Of a stretch of 64,000 nucleotides of DNA, positions 18,033 to 27,663 are shown in pieces. The stretch's first letter is position 1. Each line of letters opens with the position of its first letter. Source of the DNA: an uncultured cyanobacterium. GTDB taxonomy: Bacteria > Cyanobacteriota > Cyanobacteriia > PCC-9006 > JAAUQQ01. The translations under genes were made by a program, and so were the position numbers. The notes beneath the pieces were generated by a model. That model did no database searches and was not told where the DNA came from. It saw only the letters and a program-made list of their open reading frames with translations. Location: assembly GCA_963718615.1 (NCBI GenBank), contig OY970368.1:1792001-1856000 (forward strand), read 5' to 3'.

Positions 18033-18067
18033 TAAGTGCTGTTCATCCAGTCGGGATCACTTTGCGT

Positions 18068-19498
18068 ATGTCGCGATCGCCAGAGCCAGAGGATTTCTTC
18101 AGTGCTTTTGACCATGCCCTGGACAACGCCTTAGAAAATGCCTTAGACAATCCGTTTGAGACGGTCTTGAACGGAACCGAGGCGGCTTTGGAGGTGCGAT
18201 CGGACTATATTCAGGGCTTTTCCGGCAGGCGAATCAAGGCCGCGCTGGTGCTGCTGAGCGTTTGGCTGGTGGTGATTGGCCTCTACCTGGTGCCCTGGGG
18301 CAGTCGTCTGGTGGCGATTTTCCTGGGATTGCTCTGTATCCAGGCCCTGCGGCTGATCTCGGCGCGTCCGGCGGAGATCCCCGAACCCCTGGCGGGAGAT
18401 CCGGCAACTTGGCCGACAGTGGCCCTCTTGGCGGCGGCGAAGGACGAGGAAGGGGTCATTGAGCGCCTCGTCCATGACCTGTGTAATGTGGATTATCCGC
18501 GCGATCGCTACGAAGTCTGGATCATCGACGACAACAGCCAGGACCGCACGCCGGAAATTTTGCGGCGCTTACAACAGACCTACTCCCAACTGCGGGTGTT
18601 TCGGCGATCGCCCGATGCCACCGGGGGGAAATCCGGTGCGCTTAATCAGGTATTTTTGCGGACCCAGGCGGATTTCCTGGCCATTTTTGATGCCGATGCC
18701 CAGGTGCCTCCGGATTTATTGCGGCGATCGCTCCCCCGCTTCCAGAATCCCGAAGTAGGAGCGGTCCAGGTCCGCAAGATTATTGCCAACGCGACCCAAA
18801 ATTGGCTGACACGGGGTCAGAGCGTTGAGATGATGCTCGATGCCTATTTCCAACAGCAGCGGACGGCGATCGGCGGCATTGGCGAACTGCGAGGCAATGG
18901 TCAACTTTTGCGTCGTGCAGCCTTAGAACGCTGTGGTGGTTTTAACGAAGAAACCATTACCGACGACCTGGATTTAACCTTGCGGCTCAATCTTGATCAG
19001 TGGGATGTGGACTTTTTGCTTCATCCCGGTGTTCTCGAAGAAGGCGTCACCACGCCCCTTTCCCTGTGGCACCAGCGCAACCGCTGGGCGGAAGGCGGCT
19101 ATCAACGCTACCTTGACTACTGGCGACTGATTGCCGACAACCGCATGGGCACAAACCGCACCATCGACCTCCTGGGCTTTTTGATCATTCAATATCTTCT
19201 GCCCATGGCGATTCTGCCAGACCTGTTGATGGCGTTGCTTCAGCAACGGCTGCCGCTGCTGGCTCCCATGGGGATTTTGTCCATTGGCTTGCCGAGCCTC
19301 GCCCTCTGGACCGGCATCCGCCGCAGCTATTTTGCTGAGCATGGCCATTATCCTTCGGCGTTTAAGACCCTGGTTCAATCGGTTTGGGGAATGTTGTATA
19401 TGCTTCACTGGATGATTGTGATGACCGGTGTGACCGTGCGGATGTCCGTACGGGCAAAGCGCCTAAAATGGGTGAAAACGATTCACCATGGTGCCTAA
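18068..19498 (+). CDS. mgdA: Monoglucosyldiacylglycerol synthase (GT2)
   Basis: GT2 motifs DDNS, GGKSGALN, FDAD, TDDLDL, QRNRWAEGGYQRYLDY; C-terminal KWVKT. Confidence 0.85.
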   Translation: MSRSPEPEDFFSAFDHALDNALENALDNPFETVLNGTEAALEVRSDYIQGFSGRRIKAALVLLSVWLVVIGLYLVPWGSRLVAIFLGLLCIQALRLISARPAEIPEPLAGDPATWPTVALLAAAKDEEGVIERLVHDLCNVDYPRDRYEVWIIDDNSQDRTPEILRRLQQTYSQLRVFRRSPDATGGKSGALNQVFLRTQADFLAIFDADAQVPPDLLRRSLPRFQNPEVGAVQVRKIIANATQNWLTRGQSVEMMLDAYFQQQRTAIGGIGELRGNGQLLRRAALERCGGFNEETITDDLDLTLRLNLDQWDVDFLLHPGVLEEGVTTPLSLWHQRNRWAEGGYQRYLDYWRLIADNRMGTNRTIDLLGFLIIQYLLPMAILPDLLMALLQQRLPLLAPMGILSIGLPSLALWTGIRRSYFAEHGHYPSAFKTLVQSVWGMLYMLHWMIVMTGVTVRMSVRAKRLKWVKTIHHGA

Positions 19499-19948
19499 GT
19501 GACTAACCCGGACGACGATTTTGCCATGACCTTTGCGCCCCTCTCCTGGGCAGAGATCTATGAACGGGCTGACCATCCCGGCAATGGCGCGGTTGTGGTG
19601 ATGGGTGGGACGGTGCGGAATCAGACTGGGGGAAAGGCGGTGCGATCGCTCGAATATCAAGCCTACGAACCCATGGCATTGAATATTTTCCGGCAGATCG
19701 CCCAACAAATCCGCCAGCAGTGGCCCGACACCAACCGGGTCGTCATCCATCACCGAACGGGCCATTTAATCATTGGCGAAATCAGTGTGTTAGTTGCCGT
19801 GGGTTGCCCCCATCGGGGGGAGGCATTTGCGGCCTGTCAGTTTGCGATCGACACGCTAAAACACAACGCCCCTATCTGGAAAAAAGAGTATTGGGCCGAT
19901 GGCTCCAGTGAGTGGGTCAGTATTGCCGCCTGTGAATCCTGTGATTAG
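19499..19948 (+). CDS. moaE: Molybdopterin synthase catalytic subunit
   Basis: GTVRN, LEYQAYEPMA, HRTG, IDTLKHNAPIWKKE. Confidence 0.95.
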   Translation: MTNPDDDFAMTFAPLSWAEIYERADHPGNGAVVVMGGTVRNQTGGKAVRSLEYQAYEPMALNIFRQIAQQIRQQWPDTNRVVIHHRTGHLIIGEISVLVAVGCPHRGEAFAACQFAIDTLKHNAPIWKKEYWADGSSEWVSIAACESCD

Positions 19949-20126
19949 GCTTGGGGCTGGACGATAGTCTTGACGGGATGGAGATCTGCGATCGCTGCCA
20001 AAATGGCCAGTATCTTTTGAAAATTGAGCCATAGTTAAACCATTCAGCAGGTTCAGCCGCAACAGTCTGAGTCCATTTCAACTAGTCAACCTCAGCGGGT
20101 ACCGGTAAACGGGCAGTGCAGGCGCT

Positions 20127-20828
20127 ATGGCAGTAGACAATTGTATCGAGTTCTATCAAACCTTTCCTAAAGGGCTCAAGCAGATCGTCGGCAGCGAGGG
20201 CAACGATGTTTACTTCGGGCGATCAAGCTTCAACAACTACAACGGCGCTGGCGGTAATGACTATATTCTTACCGTCCAGGGTCGCAGCTTATTTTCGGGG
20301 GGAGACGGCAGCGACTATCTCGTTGGGGGACGCCTCAACGACTTGTTGTCCGGCGATGCAGGGGACGACTTTCTCTGGGGTGGTGGTGGTAACGATTGTT
20401 TGATTGGCGGCGCTGGCCACAACGTTCTCGTTGGCGGCGGTGGCAGCGATACGTTTGATGTCTTATCCTTCAAAAGTGCTGCTATTCCTGGCGTTTTTTA
20501 CATCATTGATCCGGGCGGTTCGATTGATGGAGTGTCCCGCGTTCGGGATTTTCAGTCCAGTGAAGATACGCTGCGCCTTGATCTGCAAGATTTTGGTTTT
20601 ATTGGCAAACTTTCATCCTTAGATATTGTCGCCAGCGATGGGGCTGCGGCAACCAGTGAAGAAGTTCTGGTTTATAACGAGACCAATGGTAAGTTATTCT
20701 TGAACCTCAACGGCAGTAGCCCAGGGTTTGAGGGGAGCGGTGGCTTGATTAATTACAAAGGGGGCCTTTTTGCCGTTTTATCAGACGCTCCTGAACTGAC
20801 CTTTGAGGATTTGATTGTCATTCAGTGA
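20127..20828 (+). CDS. RTX/haemolysin-type Ca-binding repeat protein
   Basis: Multiple GGxGxD nonapeptide repeats. Confidence 0.85.
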   Translation: MAVDNCIEFYQTFPKGLKQIVGSEGNDVYFGRSSFNNYNGAGGNDYILTVQGRSLFSGGDGSDYLVGGRLNDLLSGDAGDDFLWGGGGNDCLIGGAGHNVLVGGGGSDTFDVLSFKSAAIPGVFYIIDPGGSIDGVSRVRDFQSSEDTLRLDLQDFGFIGKLSSLDIVASDGAAATSEEVLVYNETNGKLFLNLNGSSPGFEGSGGLINYKGGLFAVLSDAPELTFEDLIVIQ

Positions 20829-21646
20829 GCTGCTCGCTGCGCTCAACCCCCGTGATCCAGTTTGCATTTATCCTCGTTGAGCCTGAAGAAGCAGGCAATA
20901 TCGGCGCTGCGGCCCGTGCCCTAAAAACCATGGGACATGGCGATTTGCGATTGGTTCGGCCCAAGGCTGATCCCCTCAGTGAGCGCGCCAGGGTTCTGGC
21001 CCATGGCTCCCAAGATCTCCTGGAAAGTGCTTCTGTTTACACCGATCTCAAGACCGCGCTCCAAGACATTGATCTGGCCTGCGCCACAACCGCCCGTCAT
21101 CGTCTTCAAAAACACCACTATCTTTCCGCACGGGAACTGCCCCTGCATCTCCAGGCCAAGGGTGAAGGCAGCCTCAAGCGCGTCGGTCTAGTCTTTGGTG
21201 GCGAACGCTCGGGGCTGAACCGTCGTGATTTGGCCCGCTGTGATTTGATTACAACCATTCCCCAAAGTTGCCTATACCCCTCGCTCAATCTGGCCCAAGC
21301 GGTCATGGTCTACAGCTTTATCCTTTCCGAAGGCCAAACCGCTATCCAAATTGAAGACCAGCGTCTGAATCGGGATCCGATGCCACCCCAGGAGTATGCC
21401 AGCCTCAAAGCCTCGACCCTGGGGCTAATGGCACGCATTGGCCTCTCCGATCGCGCCCAAACCTATGTCATGCAAGCCTTAGCCCGCCTAGGGCGAGAAG
21501 ATCTCTATTTGCTCCACAATATTCGTACCAGTCTCGATCGCACCCTCGATCGCCTAGAATCTCGTCTAGAAGCCAGAAACCGCCCAAACTCAGCCCAGGT
21601 CCTGTCTTCCCATAATCCCCATAATCCCAAGCGCCAGGATGACTGA
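20825..21646 (+). CDS. TrmJ/LasT-type SPOUT RNA methyltransferase
   Basis: GNIGAAARALKTMG, VFGGERSGL, SLNLAQAV. Confidence 0.9.
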   Translation: MSCSLRSTPVIQFAFILVEPEEAGNIGAAARALKTMGHGDLRLVRPKADPLSERARVLAHGSQDLLESASVYTDLKTALQDIDLACATTARHRLQKHHYLSARELPLHLQAKGEGSLKRVGLVFGGERSGLNRRDLARCDLITTIPQSCLYPSLNLAQAVMVYSFILSEGQTAIQIEDQRLNRDPMPPQEYASLKASTLGLMARIGLSDRAQTYVMQALARLGREDLYLLHNIRTSLDRTLDRLESRLEARNRPNSAQVLSSHNPHNPKRQDD

Positions 21647-22376
21647 AGATTTCTCCTCGCTCACGCTGACTCCCATCGCCCAGATTCGCTCCTGTTACCC
21701 TGAGCGCTTTGGCATTCCCAGGCAATCGGGCTTAGTCAATGCCGCAACCGCTGAAATTGTCTTTGGGGCAACCGAGGCCAACAAGCTTTCCCTACGGGGC
21801 ATTGAGCAGTTTTCCCATCTCTGGATTATTTTCTGGTTTCACCAAGGCTTTGAGCAATTTAAACCCTTGGTACAGCCGCCCCGGCTCGGCGGCAAGAAAA
21901 CTATGGGTGTCTATGCAACCCGCAGCCCTAACCGTCCTAATCCCATTGGTCTTAGTGCTGTGCGACTGGAGCAGGTCGAATACAAACCCAAGGAGATTTT
22001 GCTCCATATTCGCGGGGGCGATGTCCTAGACGGGACGCCGGTTTTGGATATTAAGCCCTATGTGCCCTATGCAGATGCCATTCCAACTGCGACTAGCGCT
22101 TGGGCTACGGCTGAAAGTCCTTTGCGGGTTCACTGGAGCGCAGAGGCGGCAGCCTATATGGAAGACCGTTGGGCGCAGGGTCAAATTGCCGCTCCGCAGG
22201 CTATCTGCGATTTAATTGAACAGACGATCGCCCAGGACCCTCGCCCCGCCCATGAACGGCGCAGGGACGGACAAGTTGATCAGGAATGGAATCTGCGAGT
22301 AGGGGGATTTGATGTGTTTTGGAAAGTAGAAGGCGGCGTTGCTTGGGTGACGCGATTGGTTCAGTTGAAGCCCTGA
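21639..22376 (+). CDS. tsaA: tRNA m6t6A37 methyltransferase TrmO
   Basis: GIPRQSGL, FSHLW, GVYATRSPNRPNPIGLS, DGTPVLDIKPY. Confidence 0.92.
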   Translation: MTEDFSSLTLTPIAQIRSCYPERFGIPRQSGLVNAATAEIVFGATEANKLSLRGIEQFSHLWIIFWFHQGFEQFKPLVQPPRLGGKKTMGVYATRSPNRPNPIGLSAVRLEQVEYKPKEILLHIRGGDVLDGTPVLDIKPYVPYADAIPTATSAWATAESPLRVHWSAEAAAYMEDRWAQGQIAAPQAICDLIEQTIAQDPRPAHERRRDGQVDQEWNLRVGGFDVFWKVEGGVAWVTRLVQLKP

Positions 22377-22447
22377 GCCAGGGCCGAGGCAAGACACCAG
22401 GGTCTTCGGGATGGGGTTGACTTTGGGGGCATTGGCGATCGCTGATA

Positions 22448-22546
22448 CGGTAGCCTGTTTCTAGGATTGTCTTCGACTGAGAAAGTTGGGCAAGGGCTAA
22501 AGCAAGACACCGGGTGTTTGGCGGGGTAAGTTCGACTGACTCGGGT
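22448..22546. repeat. Repeat B copy 1 (second copy 24007-24105; 14-bp partial copy 22386-22399)
   Basis: Colinear 99-bp segments sharing CCTGTTTCTAGGAT, GCAAGACACC and CTGACTCGGGT. Confidence 0.8.
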
Positions 22547-22552
22547 AATGAT

Positions 22553-22608
22553 GCCGCTGAGGGGCAGGAGTACGGGCATTTCGGCGGCGAGGGGGGCGAA
22601 GCTGAGGA
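22553..22608. repeat. Repeat A copy 1 (second copy 23210-23265)
   Basis: 56 bp with 3 mismatches between copies. Confidence 0.9.
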
Positions 22609-22640
22609 AAAAGCGAATGAGTAAGTTTTGTAAATAGACG

Positions 22641-22922
22641 CTAGCTGTCATAAGCACTGCCTCGGAAGTTGATGTTGTAAATCAGGATTTCGTTGGCTTC
22701 AGGCTTGATTTTGAAGATGATACGGATTTGTCCTGTCCGAATTCGAAAGTATCCTTTCCAATCGCCCTTGAGTTTTTTGAGGTCGAGTTCGTCGGCGGGT
22801 AAGGCTTTCTGCTCTTCGAGAGAGTTTTTCAGCAAAGCGATCTTTTCTCTGATGCGTTCTTGGCGATCGCCATCGAGCTTTTTGAGAAATTTGACAGCGG
22901 AGCGACTAAATTTGACTTGCAT
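22641..22922 (-). CDS. RelE/ParE-family toxin
   Basis: LKKLKGDWKGYFRIRTGQIRIIF..INFRGSAY. Confidence 0.9.
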   Translation of the reverse strand: MQVKFSRSAVKFLKKLDGDRQERIREKIALLKNSLEEQKALPADELDLKKLKGDWKGYFRIRTGQIRIIFKIKPEANEILIYNINFRGSAYDS

Positions 22923-23133
22923 TGGTCACCCAATCCGTCATGTCAACAAAGTCTTCTTCTGCGAGTTCTTCTGGTGAGGAACCAAGATTTTCCTCGATTT
23001 CGGTCTGTTCTTCAGTTTCAACGTAGGGGATGAGGACTTGGAACATGTTGAACCACTCTTCGCGCAAGACCTCGCGAACGCTCTCTTTGATTAGCGTTTT
23101 GAGCAGGTTGAGGTCTACGGTTTGGGCATCCAT
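22906..23133 (-). CDS. Acidic antitoxin
   Basis: Small acidic ORF overlapping the toxin start. Confidence 0.75.
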   Translation of the reverse strand: MDAQTVDLNLLKTLIKESVREVLREEWFNMFQVLIPYVETEEQTEIEENLGSSPEELAEEDFVDMTDWVTNASQI

Positions 23134-23275
23134 GGGCAGGCTGGGCAATTTCTACCAAGTCGTTACCTCCTAGGATAGTCCTTAAATAAGGAAGATGAGC
23201 AGCACGATGGCCGCTGAAGGGCAGTAGCACGGGCATTTCGGCGGCGAGGGGGGCGAAGCTGAGGATGAAGAATGT

Positions 23276-23710
23276 TCAGGACTCAAGTAGAAGGTTCTGA
23301 AAGGGATGGCGATTTTTCCAGCGATAGGTTCGGAAGTCTCGGCAATCCGTACTTAGAATACGCCCATGTCCGAGGAATTCAGCCAGAACCACGAGGGATG
23401 CATCAGCCAAGTCCATCGGTAGATCAGTGTATTGTTGCATGAGGGATAGGATGCGATCGCGATCGTCCTCGCGCACATCAAATACAGAGAATGCACCGTC
23501 TCTATAACTGCGGATAAAGCCGATTTCCGCCTGGATGCCTTGGCGTTTGAGCAACAAATGACAGGTTTCGGTCATCACTGGCCAGGTTGTAATTAATGGC
23601 TCGGTCAGCTTGCGCATCTGGTTCATCGCTTGTTCGTGGTGCTGATCGGTCCGGTTAGCCAGCGCGACCCAGAAACCAGTGTCTGCAATGATCAAACCTT
23701 GTGGCTCCAA
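23276..23710 (-). CDS. PIN-domain (VapC) toxin
   Basis: IADTGFW, TWPVMTE, MDLADASL, ILSTDCRDF. Confidence 0.9.
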   Translation of the reverse strand: MEPQGLIIADTGFWVALANRTDQHHEQAMNQMRKLTEPLITTWPVMTETCHLLLKRQGIQAEIGFIRSYRDGAFSVFDVREDDRDRILSLMQQYTDLPMDLADASLVVLAEFLGHGRILSTDCRDFRTYRWKNRHPFQNLLLES

Positions 23711-23994
23711 TCTAGCTTTTCTTTGTATTGAGTCGAGAGTTGGGGTTCATCTTGAAGGCTGCCGATAAAGCCGTTGTTTTGCAGGATAGCGAGGGCACCG
23801 GGGCCGATGGCGATCGCAGATCTTGAGAATTGGGCGATCGGAGTTTCACCGCTATTTATTTCTGCTTTCGTTGCTGCTGGGCCAGGGAGCTGTTGAAAGC
23901 GATCGTAGATGAATTCAACGAAGTCCAAAATGGTTTGAATCTGGGCTTCTGGCAGAAGTTGAATGATGCGGAATATCTTATCTTGAGCGTTCAT
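23692..23994 (-). CDS. DUF2281-like antitoxin
   Basis: IQLLPEAQIQTILDFVEFI; overlaps vapC start. Confidence 0.7.
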   Translation of the reverse strand: MNAQDKIFRIIQLLPEAQIQTILDFVEFIYDRFQQLPGPAATKAEINSGETPIAQFSRSAIAIGPGALAILQNNGFIGSLQDEPQLSTQYKEKLDWSHKV

Positions 23995-24151
23995 AGGTTG
24001 GTTCAGCGGTAACCTGTTTCTAGGATAATCCCCAAACGGGAGGGTTAGACAAGGACTGAGGCAAGACACCAAGTATTGGGTGGGGTGGATGCGGCTGACT
24101 CGGGTGAGGCAGAGACTAAAATGGGGTTACACGCGAGTGGAGCGAGGCGCT

Positions 24152-24418
24152 ATGGTTGCACAGGTCATGGTTCAGCCTTCGGGCTTTTTGGCGTCTGGGA
24201 TTCAGATGCATCAACTGGGTGATGTGTCTATTTTTCGGTTTACGGATGAGCTACAGGACCGCTTTGAAAATTTGATGGAGCGCTCTAAATCTCAGGCACT
24301 GACGGAGACTGAACAAGCTGAGTTGGACGGAATCGCAGATTTAGCTCGAATTTTCACATTTATTAATGCTCAACTAGCAGCGCAAGCAAAATGGTGTCTC
24401 GTTCAACAAGAAGCCTAG
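24152..24418 (+). CDS. Small hypothetical protein (usual partner of HNH nucleases)
   Basis: FRFTDELQDRFENL..LTETEQAELD. Confidence 0.65.
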   Translation: MVAQVMVQPSGFLASGIQMHQLGDVSIFRFTDELQDRFENLMERSKSQALTETEQAELDGIADLARIFTFINAQLAAQAKWCLVQQEA

Positions 24419-24450
24419 TGCGGCAGCGGGCGCAGTCACTGTATGAATGA
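24391..24450 (+). pseudogene. HNH endonuclease N-terminal remnant
   Basis: MVSRSTRSLVRQRAQSLYE* resembles the VRxRAxxxCEYC start of HNH proteins. Confidence 0.45.
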
Positions 24451-24562
24451 TGATTGCTCGGTGACTTTCTGGTTTATGAATCTATTTTATGAAGGAATTC
24501 CTGGATTGGGCAGGGTTGAGTGGGTTGAGATTGGGAAGTCCCGGTAGAATTGAGAACAATGT

Positions 24563-24647
24563 GTAGGTTGGGTAGAACGCAGTGAAACCCAACGAGCTTG
24601 GGCGTTTTGCTTGGGCCTGTTGGGTTTCGTGCCTCAATCCAATCTAC
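24563..24647. repeat. GTAG-type REP-like inverted repeat (related copy 50784-50850)
   Basis: GTAGGTTGGG..GAAACCCAAC..GTTGGGTTTC..CTAC. Confidence 0.7.
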
Positions 24648-24679
24648 GTGGCTAGCGATCGCAATCCCAACCAGAAAGA

Positions 24680-25636
24680 ATGCCAGAGACGACATCCGTG
24701 CAAAAAATTCTATTCTTGGCGGCGAACCCGAAGGGAACCTCCAAACTGCGACTGGATGAGGAGTTGCGAGATGTTGAAGAAGGATTGCGGCGAGGCACAA
24801 GGCGGGAGCAGTTTGTCCTAGAGCAGCGTTGGGCGGTGCGACCCAGGGATATTCGGCGGGCGTTGTTGGATGAGCAGCCGAATATTGTTCATTTTTCGGG
24901 GCATGGTGTTGGTTCGGGTAGCAGTGCTGTGGGTCGGGAGGGAACGCGGGAGATTGGTTTTGAGGAAGAGCTAAGTCGCGAAGGGCTGGTTTTTGAGAAC
25001 CAAGCGGGTGAGCCGGTTCTGGTCAGTGGTGAGTCTTTGGCGGGGTTGTTTGAGCTGTTTTCGGATCGGGTGAACTGTGTGGTGCTGAATGGCTGTTATT
25101 CGGAGGTGCAGGCCAAGGCCATTGCTCGGCATATTCCCTACGTGATCGGGATGAATCGGGCGATCGGCGATCGCGCAGCCATTGAGTTTGCGGTGGGCTT
25201 TTACGATGCGCTGGCAGCGGGGCGGAATATTGAGTTTGCGCATCGTTATGCTTGCTCTGCGATTCGGATGGAAGGAATTGAGGAGTATCTGACCCCTGTT
25301 TTAATCTCGGGGAGTGCTCCGTCGGTGGCGCAGCCTGAGGCCGATCCTGAATCATCTGAACCAGAGCCTCGGCGGCAGCGAGATTATTCGGATATCGAGT
25401 CCCCCTTTATTGGGGGTCCTCCGATCACGAATCCGCGTCAGTTTTTTGGGCGAGAGAAGGAGCTGCGGCGGTTGTTTGGGTTGATCAAGCGGTTGCCGTT
25501 GCAGAATGCGGCGATTATTGGGCCAAGGCGGGCGGGGAAGACGTCGTTGCTGTATTACTTGATGAAGATTTGCACGACGCCGGAGTCGGAGTTGAGGCCG
25601 GGGCAGAAGAATGATTGGTTACCGAATCCGGAGTAA
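24680..25636 (+). pseudogene. CHAT domain + STAND/AAA ATPase, truncated soon after Walker A
   Basis: VHFSGHG and VLNGC (CHAT); FFGREKE, GPRRAGKTS; stop before Walker B. Confidence 0.8.
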
Positions 25637-25756
25637 AACCGTTAGGTATGTGTGAATCTATTGAAGAGTATAACCATTGAAGTTGTACAGCTTTATTGAC
25701 AACAAGTAGACCCTATCAAGTAGACAGGATCTCCTTACTGTATAGATTTAGACCGA

Positions 25757-26092
25757 TTAGCTCCCACGCGATGCCTGGAGTCCAGCCAAAAGGATGTTTG
25801 CTAGTGGATGGTCTACTGCCTCTTCAAATGCTTGAATACCCATTGCTTGCATAGTAGCTTGAATCCTCTTAAGGAAATTAGGTGATTCGTTTAATTTTTG
25901 AGCGATCAGAGAAGACTGGTGGGTATCTCCAGTGTGTTTAGATGCAGAGATTTCAATCAAAAAAGATCGCACTTCGCCTACAACCTCTCTATAGCCTTCG
26001 CGACTGCGATCTTGGCAGATAAATTGATCACCATTATGGAGAGAACCATTAAAGTCTCTTCCGATATTGATTGAATTGCTTTGCACTTTCAA
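25757..26092 (-). CDS. Low-GC hypothetical protein with N-terminal Asn/Gly motif and helical C-terminal domain
   Basis: SINIGRDFNGSLHNGD; C-terminus (GIQAFEEAVDHPLANILLAG) resembles tails of cyanobacterial pentapeptide/conflict proteins. Confidence 0.6.
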   Translation of the reverse strand: MKVQSNSINIGRDFNGSLHNGDQFICQDRSREGYREVVGEVRSFLIEISASKHTGDTHQSSLIAQKLNESPNFLKRIQATMQAMGIQAFEEAVDHPLANILLAGLQASRGS

Positions 26093-26166
26093 ACATCCTG
26101 GTATAAAGTAACTTCAGATTCAAGCTTGTAATTAAATTCGGTGGTTAGCGCAAGTAAGCATTAATT

Positions 26167-26685
26167 TCAATTGAAGATCGCCACCTTTTTCTCACCATTA
26201 TGGAGATTTCCATTAAAGTCACCTGTCACATTAACTGACTTATTTGTCATATTAACCTCTACCCTTTGAGCATTTTCATCCATTAGCTTTTGGATCGCCT
26301 GAACAATATCAAAAAGAAAGGCCTTGTCCCGGCTTTCAAAGAAATCGCTGTGGCCAGAGTTGAAGTTAAGGATTAGTCCATATTTATTGTCTTGGCCATC
26401 ATAAATCAGTTTGAATAGAGCTGCGAGAACTATAAAAGTTAAACCAAACATTGATGCAGGATAGATGTTGGCAGTGGCTCCGACGAACAAGAGTAATGCT
26501 CCAACTATGCATAGGGATAATGCTACCTTAGCAAGAAGCTCATTGGGAGGAGTCTTTCCTACGGTTAAGCCTGTAAGGTTTTTTAGTTGATATATGGTGT
26601 TGTCAAATCTTACAGTTGCTTGTGTGAACTCTATTTGCGTAGCTGTTTGACTTGTCAGGTTGTTGGACTCTTTGATGCTATTCAT
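26167..26685 (-). CDS. DUF6232-like two-TM protein with C-terminal Asn/Gly motif
   Basis: VRFDNTIYQLKNLT, two TM helices, YGLILNFNSG; ends NVTGDFNGNLHNGE. Confidence 0.65.
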   Translation of the reverse strand: MNSIKESNNLTSQTATQIEFTQATVRFDNTIYQLKNLTGLTVGKTPPNELLAKVALSLCIVGALLLFVGATANIYPASMFGLTFIVLAALFKLIYDGQDNKYGLILNFNSGHSDFFESRDKAFLFDIVQAIQKLMDENAQRVEVNMTNKSVNVTGDFNGNLHNGEKKVAIFN

Positions 26686-26904
26686 TTTGCACTAAATAGA
26701 CTTGATTCTAGACCCTACTGTTGTATTCTTTTTGTATTCGTGGAGCATGAGTGTTTATGTGTAAAAATATTTTCTTGAAAAGCCTAAAGTAGAATTTTAG
26801 CTCAGTTCAAGAGCTGCATTTGCTGGATAAATCGAAATTTATTTGATGTATGTATGAGTCAGTGAAAATACATGAATACAATGTGCTGATCGTCTGGACT
26901 TCAC

Positions 26905-27530
26905 CGTCATCTGGCAGCCACACCCTCCAAGAATTCCAACGCTGGGCCAGCTACCTAATCAACGCCCAAACCATCAAAATCAGCTACCTCACCGAACCCG
27001 AAACCCGCAAACTAATCGAAAACCCCATCCCCGACTTCGCCCTCCGCTACGACCCCGACGCCAGCGATCGCGCCCTCGCCCTCACACGCGGCCACCCCGC
27101 CCTCACCCAGCTCCTCTGTAGCGAAATCGTCAATCTCAAAAACGAACAAGACCCCAGCAACCGCCGCCAAGCCCGCCTCGCCGACGTCAACGCCGCCATC
27201 CCCGAAGCCCTCCAAAGCGGCAGCATGTTCTTCGCCGACCTCGAACAAAACCAAATCACCGCCAACAACACCGTCCCCGGCGGCAGCACCATCCTGCGCC
27301 ACCTCGCCGCCCAAGGCGAATCCATCCCCAGCCCCGACGGCACCACCCCACCCGCCAGCCTCAGCCACACCGCCCTCGCCCAATACTTCCAGCAAACCCA
27401 TCCCGACGCAGATTTTGAAACAGCCTTGGAATTGCTGCTTCGCCGCGAAGTCATCGAAACCGTCGAATCAACCGACGAACCCCACTACAAATTTCAAGTC
27501 GAACTCATCCGCCAATGGTTTCTGCGCTAG
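26905..27530 (+). pseudogene. C-terminal fragment of an AAA/STAND ATPase (winged helix)
   Basis: GSHTLQEFQRWASYLIN, LTRGHPALTQLLC, YKFQVELIRQW; sharp GC shift at ~26900. Confidence 0.7.
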
Positions 27531-27663
27531 CCCAAGACCCTGCACAACTTGGGTCCAAAATTCAACAGAATTTCTTATAGCTTTTACTTATAAGTTTGAT
27601 AAAAATAACTTTTGAGTCGTTGGATAATAGCATTGTTCACCTCGCAGATAGGGATTTGTACTT

